From Folioceros fuciformis (lineage: Eukaryota), in assembly GCA_049999805.1 (NCBI GenBank), contig JBNGIO010006232.1:211340-267775 (forward strand): a stretch of 56,436 nt of DNA, written 5' to 3'. The notes under the pieces were generated by a model that did not search any database, was not told the DNA's origin, and was given only the letters and a program-made list of their open reading frames with translations. Of the stretch, positions 1 to 11,519 are shown one piece after another (within the stretch, counting starts at the first letter, position 1; each line of letters begins with the position of its first letter). The position numbers and the translations under genes were made by a program.

Positions 1-2
1 GT

Positions 3-494
3 GCTGTGCAGAGCGCGCCAGGCTGTGAGAGCGGCGAACGGTATGGCAGCGGCCTGCGCATGCGGCAATCCGGCGGGCTTCAGCACGAGCTCCTCCTCGA
101 GCAGGATAGCGTAGTCTGCGTAGGTGCCGCGCTCGGCGGTGGGATGAAGAGCGCCAAACACCTGGTCTCCGATTCGCAGCTCCCGCACCCCGCTGCCTGT
201 GGCGGCCACCTCGCCGCTCACGTCCCGCCCGAGCACCAGCGGCAGCAGCGGCTCGAAGATAGACCTGCCATAACCTTCCCGCATCCGGAGGTCCAGCGGA
301 TTCACGGCCGCTGAGTGCACCCGCACCAGGACCTCTCCCGGCATCAGATCCCGCAGCGGGGCCTGGTGCTGCACCTGAAGCACCTCCGGCCCGCCATAGC
401 TCGGAAGCACAACTGCGCGGCAGGTGGACACTCCTCTGCACCTCCACGTCCAGATCCACCCCCTCTCTGCAAAATTCACGCCCTGCCTCCACAT
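3..494 (-). CDS. Reticulon-4-interacting protein 1-like MDR/quinone oxidoreductase, 5' part (runs off the window edge)
   Basis: Manual minus-strand translation from ATG at 494: MWRQGVNFAERGW...CRAVVLPSYGGPEVLQ...GEVLVRVHSAAVNPLDLRMREGYGRSIFEPLLPLVLGRDVSGEV...GTYADYAIL...AAAIPFAALTAWRAL. This is the GroES-like MDR domain with the RTN4IP1-type NPLD/LGRDVSG motifs. It is absent from the ORF track because it has no stop in the window. Confidence 0.88.
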   Translation of the reverse strand, partial: MWRQGVNFAERGWIWTWRCRGVSTCRAVVLPSYGGPEVLQVQHQAPLRDLMPGEVLVRVHSAAVNPLDLRMREGYGRSIFEPLLPLVLGRDVSGEVAATGSGVRELRIGDQVFGALHPTAERGTYADYAILLEEELVLKPAGLPHAQAAAIPFAALTAWRALHS

Positions 495-640
495 CCTTCA
501 CGCCTCGCCTACTTCTCGGGCGCCTGTTCCAGATCCCAATTGCAAGCCTTAATCCATCTACTCTGCCTCCATCCTCACATTCAGCGGTGCCTCATCGCAC
601 CATCGCGCCGTCCTATTCTGTCCTGCAGACTTTCTACATT

Positions 641-652
641 AAACCCTAAACC
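641..652 (+). promoter_or_regulatory. Telo-box-like AAACCCTAAACC ~150 bp upstream of the RTN4IP1-like start
   Basis: Motif seen directly; function inferred from plant telo-box elements. Confidence 0.35.
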
Positions 653-764
653 ACTTCAAGGACACGGCAGCTTTGGAGTACAATCAGAACATGCGCAAGT
701 AACAAGTGGCAAGCCCATGTGAGCTAGCACAGCATCCAGTCACACTGTGTGAACTGTCTGCCAC

Positions 765-1062
765 TGCGTGCGGGTGCAAACAGCGCGACTTTGTGCAATG
801 ACACTGCTTGCGGGTNNNNNNNNNNGCTTGCGGGTGCAAACAGCGCGACTTTGTGCAATGACACTGCTTGCGATTGTCTTCACTGCAATAAGAACGAGAG
901 TCTGCCTGTTCTTCGCTCATTCACTGTAACGAGAGTCTGCCTGTTCTTTGCTCATAATTGTAACGAGAGTCTGCCTGTTCTTTGCTCATTCACTGTAACG
1001 AGAGTNNNNNNNNNNCGAGAGTCTGCCTGTTCTTTGCTCATTCACTGTAACGAGAGTCTGCC
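765..1062. repeat. Two adjacent minisatellites (~44-bp GCGGGTGCAAACAGCGCGACTTTGTGCAATGACACTGCTT unit; ~35-bp CACTGTAACGAGAGTCTGCCTGTTCTTTGCTCATT unit), each containing a 10-N gap
   Basis: Repeated units are visible; copy number is unreliable because of the gaps. Confidence 0.85.
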
Positions 1063-1877
1063 AATTTTTTGTGCGTCTCGTACAGAATTCCTGTGCACTC
1101 CAAGATTTGTGTTATGTGCATGGCACTTAGGGCTTTTAAGGCACAGCAAGATTTCGGAGGCCTCGTGTGTGTCGTTTACGGCGACGTGTGTTGCTTCTCC
1201 CGGCTGCATGACAGACGGATGATGCAGCCCCCAGGTTTTGCAGGTTGGCACTCCTTCACGGATTGAGGATGGTAACAGGTTGAGTGGGTGTGAAGGGGTC
1301 TGCGGTCATGGCTGATCCATGGGCAGAAGTCACAGGGTACAGTCACTTCACAACTATGACGCAGGACTTTACTTCACCAAGCAATGATATCACGCAGCAA
1401 CCTCACACGCCAAGTTCTTCCGGATCCAAGCTGCCACCTTCGGCAGACATGTTAACTGGATTCAGGTTGCCACACTTGGCACACGTATTAACTTACCATA
1501 CTACCTCTAGCCAGAAACACATCAGCCTCGAAATTCTTGCTCTTCGCAAATCTACCTATCTATACAGAATCTACCTATCTGCGCAGGATCCTCCTTCCTT
1601 CCTAAGAGCAAGCAAGTACTAGAATCCTTGAGGAAGACCGCTGAATCCTGATGCAGGTTCTGGCCGGGTCCCGCCGTATACCTCAAGCATGTATATCCCG
1701 GGAGAAGCACGCATTAAAGCAGCTAAATCCTCGCACTGATGGAAACCTGCATACCAACCTACCGCTCCCACTCATCATGGGGAACATGAAAAAAGGGCAA
1801 CGATAGCACTACATATCTGGGGTCCTGTGGGGCAAGTAGTGTGAACGGTTTACAAACATGAAACGGGAGAAGGATGC

Positions 1878-3560
1878 TCATATAAAAGGACTGGTACCGA
1901 TGCTGAAGTCCATGACTGAAACCTCCATCTTCGGAATCTTAAGGACTGATGCCAGAAGCTTAAAGGTCAACCAGCCGTAGAGTACGTCGAGCTCTCGCAG
2001 AAATCTCCGTGACGCCTGAAGCTCAGTCAAGTAATCTGTCAATGGATGGTTGAGCTCCTTGGTGCTATAAAGTCCCAACCTGATCACTTCCCGGTCGTAG
2101 GCTCTTCCGGCTTCCTCTGCTGTGGGCCACTGGAACTTGATGATTCTGGGGGTAACCGGACATATCTTTGCCCTGTTAGGAATGAGCTGGTACCTGCCTG
2201 TTCTGCCCGAATTGATATCGAACACATGAGCCTGATACTGTGTGATTCGAGAGCTTGGATGAGTTATGTCACCTTTGGATCCAAACTTTCGCCTGATGCA
2301 CACACCGTGTGGAAGTTCTTGGCATAGATGACGGGGTACAATGGAGCGTCCGAGTTGCGCTTCTTTCTTCACGTATTGGAGAACTTCTCGCCAATCCGTA
2401 AGAGCCAACCACTCTGGCTGTTTCAGGCGGTCCAAGTACACCTGTAACATGTGAGGCTGTGCAAAATTGATCCTCACTACAGCTCGTCTCCGAATCCTGA
2501 GTCCGCACAGGTAGAGCTTGAGTTGCACAAGGTCCCTGAACACGGCTGCCTCACACGGGTCAACGAAACTCCCCAGATACACCTGCCTGTAACGCGGATT
2601 AGGAGTCCGTGAGTCCAAAGGCGCGTGGACCTGCACTTCGTGTCTGCAGTTGGCAATGTGCCATTGCACTCCGTAATAAAGGTCCCTCAAATTCGCTTCC
2701 TTGTCATCATCAGCCCCTTCCGGGACATGTCCTGGAGGATCAGTCTTGGAAGGCCCTTCCTTGCCCGCAGAGCCACAGCCCCGAGCGCCCGTATTAGTTC
2801 GCGAAAATTTTCTCCGCCTGCGCAGGACCGGGCCCCGCGCTGGCGAGTTCCTGGTCTCCAAAGCTACCACCGCCATCTGCAGGTCCTCCAAGGTGGGCGG
2901 GGCTGCCGCAGGCTTCCTTTCCTTGATACGCATGATGGTCTTGGCGATCTCCTCCACTGTCAACTCATAACTATCCGTTTTGGATGGATTCTTGTCGCCT
3001 GTTGTGGAAAACAACCAAGGCAAGGGTGGAGCGCTACCGGTGCCCGTATACGCGCTGCTCCATGGTGACGTCGATATGCCTGCATGTTGAGGATTGCGAA
3101 CTTGAAGATGATAGCCAGTCCGAATGATCAGCTCCATCCACTCGTCCACCCACAGCCAGGGAACTTCTCTAGCGCCATCATCGGGACCAACCATCAACCT
3201 GGCTTTCACCATCAGGTCCATTCCTGAAAACGACATGCCACAGCGCCGTCGCTGCTGCCCCGTGGCTTCCACAACGTTGCCAAGTCCTGCGCATACAAAT
3301 ACATCGCAGCTGTGAAGGGTTTCAACGTTCGATATCGGTGCACGACAACGATTCAATCCAACATCACAGGTAGCGCCGGCAGGCATGGAAGAATTTGACC
3401 TAACCTGCAGCTCACATGTGCTGCTGTTGACGATGCCAGCAGAACGCAGGTAGTCGTTCTCAGAGGAAAAGACACAGAGCGCTGCGAGCAAGTTCCAGCT
3501 AGCGCCCCTCCTCCTCCCCGCCGACACGACAAGTTCCGAAACTACACGATCGAAGGCCAT
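1878..3560 (-). CDS. Divergent protein with two AP2-like DNA-binding domains
   Basis: Long ORF with first ATG at 3560 (the 5' end may involve upstream exons). AP2-like domain 1: YYGVQWH...RQVYLGSFVDPCEAAVFRDLVQLKL...RINF. AP2-like domain 2: PHGVCIRR...QYQAHVFD...WPTAEEAGRAYDREVIRLG...ELNHPLTDY. A basic NLS-like LRRRRK is present. Confidence 0.75.
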   Translation of the reverse strand: MAFDRVVSELVVSAGRRRGASWNLLAALCVFSSENDYLRSAGIVNSSTCELQVRSNSSMPAGATCDVGLNRCRAPISNVETLHSCDVFVCAGLGNVVEATGQQRRRCGMSFSGMDLMVKARLMVGPDDGAREVPWLWVDEWMELIIRTGYHLQVRNPQHAGISTSPWSSAYTGTGSAPPLPWLFSTTGDKNPSKTDSYELTVEEIAKTIMRIKERKPAAAPPTLEDLQMAVVALETRNSPARGPVLRRRRKFSRTNTGARGCGSAGKEGPSKTDPPGHVPEGADDDKEANLRDLYYGVQWHIANCRHEVQVHAPLDSRTPNPRYRQVYLGSFVDPCEAAVFRDLVQLKLYLCGLRIRRRAVVRINFAQPHMLQVYLDRLKQPEWLALTDWREVLQYVKKEAQLGRSIVPRHLCQELPHGVCIRRKFGSKGDITHPSSRITQYQAHVFDINSGRTGRYQLIPNRAKICPVTPRIIKFQWPTAEEAGRAYDREVIRLGLYSTKELNHPLTDYLTELQASRRFLRELDVLYGWLTFKLLASVLKIPKMEVSVMDFSIGTSPFI

Positions 3561-4769
3561 GATCGGAGGAGAACTCCACCACACGTCCGGCGAATCAGGG
3601 CAATGCAAGGAGGAATTGAACTGACCTGAAGCTGCAGTCTGCGCGCCCCCGGCCAGCTGAATTCAGAGCTGACGGACAGTCCCGTTGGGAAACGAAGACT
3701 TGGGCTCGCCAAGGGCCTACGACCCGGCGCTCTCCGAGTACGGTAGCGACGTCCTGTCAAACGCGTGAGACCTGCACAAACAACACACTGGCATCACACG
3801 ATGCTCATCTTACTGCACGTACGCTGTCCATGGAGCACAGCCACCAACCCGATCAATCGCCGCGCGGAGCACCCCGAAAAGCAAGCCTGAAAGTAAGCGG
3901 GAGGGAATGAAGTCGGAGGGACTTCACATGGCTTTGTGGGATTTCAAATCCATGAGCTTCAAACATATATAAACTAGCTTTTCATTTAACTTCGCCTCTG
4001 CCATCCACAAGACTCTTCAATATCCCCCTAAGAATATAGAAATATCATGTATATAAGTAATATTTTTCCATCATAGTTTTTATTATATATTATATATTAT
4101 TATTCAATATATATTCTTCATTAACATACACATATATAGTTCACCATACATAGCATATAATTTACAATCACTCACATACATTATACTATATGCTAGATTA
4201 ACAAACTGTCTCATTCTTCTTTTTAACTTTGTGTCTTTGTCTAAGTGAGCTTTCGAATGTTTGCGTGGTGCTATGACAAACAAACATGCAAATTTATTTT
4301 AAGTGTTATATAAGGACGAACATGTTGACCTCCACAAGACTTGTGTAGAGCTCACTTGAAACATATAAGGAATCAACCTCAAATGTTGGTTGTTGCTAAT
4401 TCAATCCACAGAATGTGCTAGTATGAAGGCCAAGTTCTACCATATTCTTCTTAATCTTCAAGTTTCAAAACTAGAAGAATAAAGCGTATGATAGAAGAAA
4501 GGATATCATAGATCCAAAACACACTCAAGATGTGTGCACCTAAGCACACTCAATGACATGTGTACCCCATCATCTTGATACCATTTGCACTCCCACCCAA
4601 ATGGTTTCAAGGCATTGAAACTACGGCATTTTGAGTGTGTTGCAGTTGACCATTTGAACCTAGAGCTATTGGATAGTCTCTTGTGATGCTCCCACATGGT
4701 ATCAAGACGCTGAAGCTTTAGCTTATGTGTGTGTTGCTCTTGTCCTTCTGAACCTAGAGCCAATAAATG

Positions 4770-5720
4770 AAGACCAGCCTAGCGTAGAGTTTGCGAGGCA
4801 GCACTTGAATCAAGAGTCGATGGATAATTTTTTGCAAAGATGGTTCGCAAAGATCCATGAAGACTGACCTAGCCTAGAGCGTCGTTTAAGTGTTCCCAAA
4901 GATCCATAAAGACCGACCTAGCCTAGAGTCTAGTATAATTGTTCACAAAGATCCATGAAGACCGGCGTAGCCTAGAGCCTGTGAGATGAATTCTGTCTAG
5001 CCGGAACATCTAACCTAGCCTAGACCGCTCTATGCTAGCTAGGTTTAGATAGAACATCTAGCCTAGCCTAGACTGCTCTAGGCTAGCTAAGTTTAGACAG
5101 AACATCTAGTCTATGCTAGCTAGGTTTAGATAGAAGATCTAGCCTAGCCTAGACTGCTCTAGGCTAGCTAAGTTTAGATAGAACATCTAGCCTAGCCTAG
5201 ACTGCTCTAGGCTAGCTAAGTTTAGACAGAACATCTAGCCTAGCCTAGACTGATCTAGGCTAGGTGGGTTTAGACGGAACATCTAGCCTAGCCTAGACCA
5301 CTCTAGGCTAGCTAGGTTTAGATGGAACATCTAGCCTAGCCTAGACCACTCTAGGCTAGATAGGTTTAGACGGAACATGTAGCCTAGTCTAGGCCGCTCT
5401 AGGCTAGCTAGGTTTAGACGGAACATCTAGCCTAGCCTATACCACTCTAGACTAGCTAGGTTTAGACGGAACATGTAGCCTAGTCTAGGTTGCTCTAGGC
5501 TAGCTAGGTCTAGATGGAACTTTTAGCCTAGCCTAGAGCAGGCAAGGCAAAAGGCTAGCCTAGCCTACATCCTACTAAGGAGAAACTTGGTATAGCCTAG
5601 AGCTTGTGAGACGGAAGGCCAAATCCCTAGCCTAGAGCCTGCAAGGCATAAGACTGCCCTAGCCTATAGCTTTAAGAGAAAAGATTGACCTAGCCATCTA
5701 CGAGTCTAGGAAGTAAGGCT
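4770..5720. repeat. CTAG-rich tandem repeat: core ~48-bp unit AGAACATCTAGCCTAGCCTAGACTGCTCTAGGCTAGCTAAGTTTAGAC (about 5005-5535), with degenerate related units on both flanks
   Basis: Unit starts recur at 5051 and 5099 and onward. Each unit contains the inverted repeat CTAGCCTAGA-ctgc-TCTAGGCTAG. Confidence 0.9.
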
Positions 5721-6009
5721 CTCTAAGTATATATAAGTATATATCAAACAGTAGGTAGTCATGGGAGCTGTATCGCGAGGCTAGTCCCTTCAATTTCTTG
5801 GCCTTCTACCTCTGATGCCGCCTGAGCAACCCTAGTGGGAGGTAGACCCTTTCTCTACCCAGACTATGATGTTTTAGGTACTATCGGTTGTCATTAGGCT
5901 TTATGGGTTAGCCTTTAGTGTTCCTATCAAGCTTTATCTGCTCACTAAGATAGATGGTTTTTCCATTTAGTTTTCAAAATAAATAAATTCTTCTACGTCT
6001 TCATTCTTT

Positions 6010-6161
6010 TTTCTTCTATCTCTTTTCACAGATAGAGGTTTCTCATTCTCCTGGACCTTNNNNNNNNNNCTTCTATCTCTTTTCACAGATAGAGGTTTCT
6101 CATTCTCCTGGACCTTTTTCCTTCTATCTCTTTTCACAGATAGAGGTTTCTCATTCTCCTG
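6010..6161. repeat. ~51-bp tandem repeat (CTTCTATCTCTTTTCACAGATAGAGGTTTCTCATTCTCCTGGACCTT) spanning an N gap
   Basis: Three copies are visible. The copy left of the gap could be an unmerged contig overlap. Confidence 0.7.
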
Positions 6162-7041
6162 AATGGACCAATGGGACTATTGAATGTCTTTGAATGGCCA
6201 ATGGGACTCGGAGGATTGATAAGTAATATCGTTCGGTACCTTGCAGATAACCTAACTATACAGGAGGCAAGCTCGCGTGGAGGAATTGATCTGACCCTCC
6301 GCTTGTGCGAGGAATTCGTTGGTGCCATCTGCCTGCATCTAACTCATCCGGACTACGAGGTTCGGGGCAATCGGGGCCAGGAGTACTATAGGACGGGGTC
6401 GAGGATAGCAAAACCTGCAAATTGCCTTCGCTACAAACTTGGATTGAAACGGGTAGGTCTAAGCACTTTTCACTCTACAGAGCACTCTCGTGAACTGTAG
6501 CATAGTAGCATTCACAGGGCAGACCTCACACCAGGGGACGCCAGCATGCCGTGGTAGAGCTGAGCTGAGGAGAGTTTTACATACTCAAAGAAAGGAAACC
6601 CATTACACTACCGATGGGGATGAGGACGCTTAACTGTGGAAAATGGATTTTTTAAAGAGTTCTTTGCGGCCCGCACCGCCCACATGAAGCCTACGCGTGA
6701 AAGCTGGCAGGCATATCGAAGTACCGTGCATATGAACTGAACTCCTTCTGAGACCGCTGATGTGAATTTGTGCATTACAATCACTACTTACTCGTGGAAC
6801 GCAATCGTAATTTGGATCCCTGCATTGCATTTTCACAATGATAGTCATGGACTTGCAGGATTTACTGAATTCCTGGTAGCTGCCGTTGATGTGTGGAGTT
6901 TCCGTGTAGCCATGCTTATGCTCGTGGTCCTGGTGAGCTTAAAGCCTATATCGATCTCACGAAGCACATTTAAGCTTCGTTATCTTGTATCTCAAGAGAG
7001 AAGCAGACTCACAAGGATCGGAGCCCTTGCATGTGCATTTG

Positions 7042-7239
7042 GTTTCCCTCGCTCAACCTGCCTCCTTCCATTTGGAACATGAATAATGCTGGGGAGAAGC
7101 ATCTGGACATTTTCTCTGCTCCGCATTAGGAGGGCTAGCTCCTGCTGGAAGCCTTCGTTCCCTTGTTACATTCTACCTACCAACCATGTTTCATTAGACT
7201 TATTATGGGTTCATCCCAGGCAGGTTGAGCGAGGGAAAC
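7042..7239. repeat. 22-bp perfect inverted repeat (GTTTCCCTCGCTCAACCTGCCT ... AGGCAGGTTGAGCGAGGGAAAC) with ~154-nt spacer
   Basis: Arms at 7042-7063 and 7218-7239 are exact reverse complements. Confidence 0.75.
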
Positions 7240-7773
7240 ACTCTGTCATGATGTCATCCTGTGAAGTACGCCTGCCCAAGCAAACTGGGGCGAAACACGT
7301 AAGCACATTCAGTCATCAATTGCTGCGTTACCATCCACCCATCGACAATGTCAGTGCTGCCACAAACAAGTCCATCTGGATCCACGATTGCCATCTGCAG
7401 GTTATCATTCACCCGCATGCCCATCTTGGCGCCGGTTGCACGGGAACTTGTCCAACTGAAAAAAAAACACACGCTATGTCATGCACATGTGCCAGGGGAT
7501 GCAAGCTATCGCATGCAGAGAAATCCATGAGCAGCCATCTTGCATGGGGTCTTTCCAAATTTCAACCTGCTGAAACTCCCAGGTGCAGCAGCAGCAAACC
7601 TTTCACGAGGATAGCACTGGTCCATGTAGATGTGTTACTTAGAGCGTGTGATAGCATCTCACTGCGCCTGCCCAGAAGATCTGCATGTGATGGATCCAAA
7701 GTGACGCAGCCTGTGTCCACCTTTCTTCTTGTAGCACGGTAAATTCTTCGGCCCTGCCTGACCCTGGGGATGC

Positions 7774-10700
7774 TTATTCGCTGCCCACCGAAAAAGCATG
7801 CACCAATCCCTCTCTGTCTGTCCACCAGCTTTGACCTGGCTGCTTCCATGCCCTTGTTCTCTTTCTCTTTGCCTGCATCTTCTGTGCCTGCTCCCACATC
7901 TGGGCACAGGTGTATAGGTTGGACATCAACACATATGCTGCGGCATCTTTCTTGTTTAGCTTAATTGCTTCCTCAAAAGCATAGCGACCCACCTCCACGT
8001 TCCTCCACTTTCGACACGCACCCAACAAAGTGTGCCAGACGGCAGCCTTAGGCTGTAGAGACATCGTTCGTACAAACACTAATGCCGCATCCAGTTGTCC
8101 TGCACGACATAAGAGATCTACCATGCATGTGTAGTGGTCCTCCGTAGGGGTGATCCCATAGCGTCCGCTCATAGCCTCAAAGTACTCCCACCCTTCGTTC
8201 CCTAGACCCGCATGGCTGCACACCGTTAGTACACACAGGAGTGTGATGCCATCTGGGAGTATGCCGTCTCCCCTCATCTTACGGAACGCGCTGAAGACTC
8301 TATCACTGTCTCCTTGACAGGTGTAGCCTGCAATCAGTGCATTCCAAGTGACAACGTCTTTCTTACGCAACGCGTCGAACAACTGCTGTGCATCAAGCAT
8401 GCTTCCTGACTTCCCATACATGTTTATCAAACTGCTGGCTACAAACTCATCAGTTTGGAGGCCTTGTTCTACAATTTGTGCATGCAGCTGCCTTCCCAAA
8501 TGCAAAGCTGCCACGTTAGCACATGCCTGCAAGATGCATACAAATGTCACGGAATCCGGTACGGTCATGCCTTCATCTTGCATAGTCTTGTAGAGATGAA
8601 GGGCTTCCTGGCCCATACCCTGCTGGGAATATGCTGCAATCATGGCAGTCCAGGTCACCTCATTTTTTTGACCAAGGCTGTCGAACACTCTCCGTGCATC
8701 TTGCAAGCTGCCACATTTTGCGTACATGTTGACCAAACTGCTGGCCACAACCACGTCATGTTGATGCCCTCGCTCTCTGACCTGTGTATGAATTTGTTTC
8801 CCCATCTCCAACGCTGGTGTGCCTAAGCTTGCACATGCCTGCAGGAGGCACACAAATGTCACGGGGTCGGGTACAGCCATACCTTCTTGTTGCATAGCGC
8901 TGTAGAGATGGAGGGCTTCTTGGCCCATGCCCTGATGCGAATATCCTGCTATCATTGCATTCCAGGCCACCACATCTTTGTTACCATGGACTTCAAATAC
9001 TCTCTGCGCATCTTCCAGGCAGCCACACTTGGCATACATGTTTACCACACTGCTAGCTACAAACACGTCAGCTTCAAGTTCTTGCTCTGTAATTTGCCTG
9101 TGAAGATGCTTCCCCGTCTCCAGAGCCAGTGCACCCATACTTGCACATGCTTGCAAGAGGTACACGAATGTCATTGAATCAGGCCTAGCAATGCCTTCAT
9201 CTTGCATAGCACTGTAGAGACCCAAGGCTTCCTGGCCCATCCCTTGCTGAGAATATGCTCCTATCATGGCATTCCATATCACCACATCTTTGTGAAGAAG
9301 TCCTCCAAACACTCTCTCTGCATCTTGCAAGCTGCCACACTTTGCATACATGTTCAACAAACTGCTACCTACAAACACATCAACTTGGTGACCTTGTTCG
9401 CGTATCTGCATGTGGAGCTGCTTGCCCTGCTCCAGAGCCGGAGTGCCCACAGCTGCGCATGCCTGCAAGAGGCAAACTAACGTCACTGAATCAGGTACAG
9501 CAATGCCCTCTGCTTGCATTGCACTGTACAGACGAAGGGCCGCCTGGCCCATGCCTTGCTGTGAATATCCTGCTATCATGGCATTCCACGTGATCACATC
9601 TTTGTGCCCAAGGGCTTCGAACACTCTCCAAGCATCCTCCAAGCTGCCACACTTTGCATACATGTTTACTAGACTATTGGCGACACACACATCAGCTTGA
9701 AACCCTTGTTTTCTGATTTGCGCATGCACATGCTTTCCCTTTTCCAATCCCCGGGCACCCACACTCGTACATGCTTGCAGCAGGCACACAAATGTCACGG
9801 CATTAGGAACAGCCATGCCTTCTGCTTCCATCACACTGTAAACACGAAGAGCATCATACCCCATGCCTTGCTGGGAATATCCTGCTATCATGGCAGTCCA
9901 CGTTACCACATCTTTACGAGACAAGCCATCAAAGACTCGCTGCGCATCCTCTAAGCTCCCACACTTTGCATACATATTCACCAAACTGTTGGCTATAAAC
10001 ACATCAGCTTGATGTCCTCGTTCCCTAATTCGTGCATGAAGGTCTTTCCCGCTCTCCAACGCAAGGGGGCCAACAACTGCACATGCCTGCAGAAGGCACA
10101 TAAATGTCACACAGTCGGGCACAACCATCGCATCGTTTAGCATAGCTCGGTAAAGACGAAGGGCTACCTGCCCAAAGCCATTCTGAGAATATCCTGCTAT
10201 TAAAGCATTCCACGTTACAACATCTTTTCTACCTAGTCCATCGAACACCCGCTGGGCGTCTTCCAATCTACCACACTTTGCGTACATGTCCACTAGGCAA
10301 CTAGAAACAAATAAATCGGGATCCGGGCCACTGGCCAACACATCACTGCTGGCCATCACATCGGCATGCACTTGCTGCCCAGATTTCAGGTCTCCACCCC
10401 TTGCACAAGCCTGTAGGGCTGCCACGAATACATAGCTATCTGGCTTCACGCTGGACCCCCGCATACGATGATAAAGTTGTATAGCCTGATTGTCGAGTCC
10501 CTGTTTAACATGTGCAGAGATAATGGACGACCACATGAAGGCATCTGCGTGGCCAACCCCTTCAAACACGTCTATCGCCTCATGCAACCTGCCATGAGAA
10601 GCATACATTCGGAGAACGTGGTTGCACAAGAATGTATCTGACTGGTACCCCTTTATAACCGTGCAGGTATGGACCCGACTGCCAAGGACAAGATCCTTGT

Positions 10701-11212
10701 TGACCACACACTTCTTTAGGACGGTATAAAATAGCGATTTAGAAATAGAACAGCCAGTCTGCACGAGAATTTCCAAAGCATCAACCGACTCAGTGAGATG
10801 ACCTTCCTGGCACAGTTTGCTCACGGTTTCAGCCGTTACATCCCTACAATCACCGTCGGACCTGCGAACGCAACGAGCATCCGGTAAGCTCTTGCTCGGG
10901 GACCACTCATTCCAACATCTGTCACATCACAGCAAGCCTTGCATCCAAGAAAGCTAGCTTACAGAAGTTGTTCAACCAGAGGACCTCCTGGGACTGCTTC
11001 TGCCGGAAGTCAGGAGACTGGAGGCTCCTCTTCTTTTGCCTCTTACCCCGGGGTCCCAAGAAAATTGTCGACACAACTTGGGCTGGCGACGATCCTCGAT
11101 AGAGAATCCTACTCCAGCTAGGCATCCTCCCAGATGGGCCGGTTGCCTTGCCAAGGTGCTGCATTTTCCGACTTGATTGTACGGCCACGAGGTCTTGCTT
11201 GAAGTCAGGCAA
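7774..11212 (-). CDS. PLS-class PPR protein (long PLS array, E1/E2, truncated WW-type DYW); N-terminal segment is out of frame, so possibly a pseudogene or intron-containing
   Basis: The 1016-aa ORF 7774-10824 has ~104-aa P-L-S triplets (VVTWNAMIAGYSQQG / TFVCLLQACA / SLVNMYAKCGSLEDA) and E motifs, and ends KQPGQSWWTDREGLVHAFSVGSE* with no HxE/CxxC. It has no ATG before the PPR array. ORF 10922-11212 (another frame) aligns with the N-terminus of the neighbouring paralogue. Confidence 0.85.
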
Positions 11213-11519
11213 GGGGAAAGTCTTCCGAGAAGGCCAATTACGCTACCAGCCATGGCTTGCAAGAACACGCCTCTGGATGCAGGACCCTGGTGCCACGGCC
11301 GGGCCAGATACGTACGAAAGGAGCTGTAGGAACAATGAGGTATACAAGCACAGCTTTTCGAGGAATCGGTGGACTTGGAAAGCGTTCAGACGGGAAATCC
11401 CATTTATTTGTATTGTAGTAAGCAATTCGATTTTGCTCGTTGGGAGGTATCCCAACGAGCACATCAAGGACAATATGTGTGTGAAGCCAACACCCCATAT
11501 TCCAAGATTTAAGGTCCAG

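Noticed and set aside
6..722. Plus-strand ORFs 6-314 and 315-722
   Set aside because: Antisense shadows of the minus-strand RTN4IP1-like CDS.
765..1062. Regularly spaced ~35-bp repeats resembling a CRISPR array
   Set aside because: Units are contiguous with no unique spacers, there are no cas genes, and the context is eukaryotic.
4200..4763. AT-rich tract and 85-aa ORF beside the CTAG array, possible transposase relic
   Set aside because: No recognisable transposase motif could be read.
6134..7082. Several 60-110-aa ORFs
   Set aside because: No recognisable domain or consistent splice model.
10919..10962. 44-nt GTAAGC...TGACAG mini-intron that might repair the PPR N-terminus
   Set aside because: A phase-1 donor meets a junction needing phase 2; the spliced frame hits a stop.
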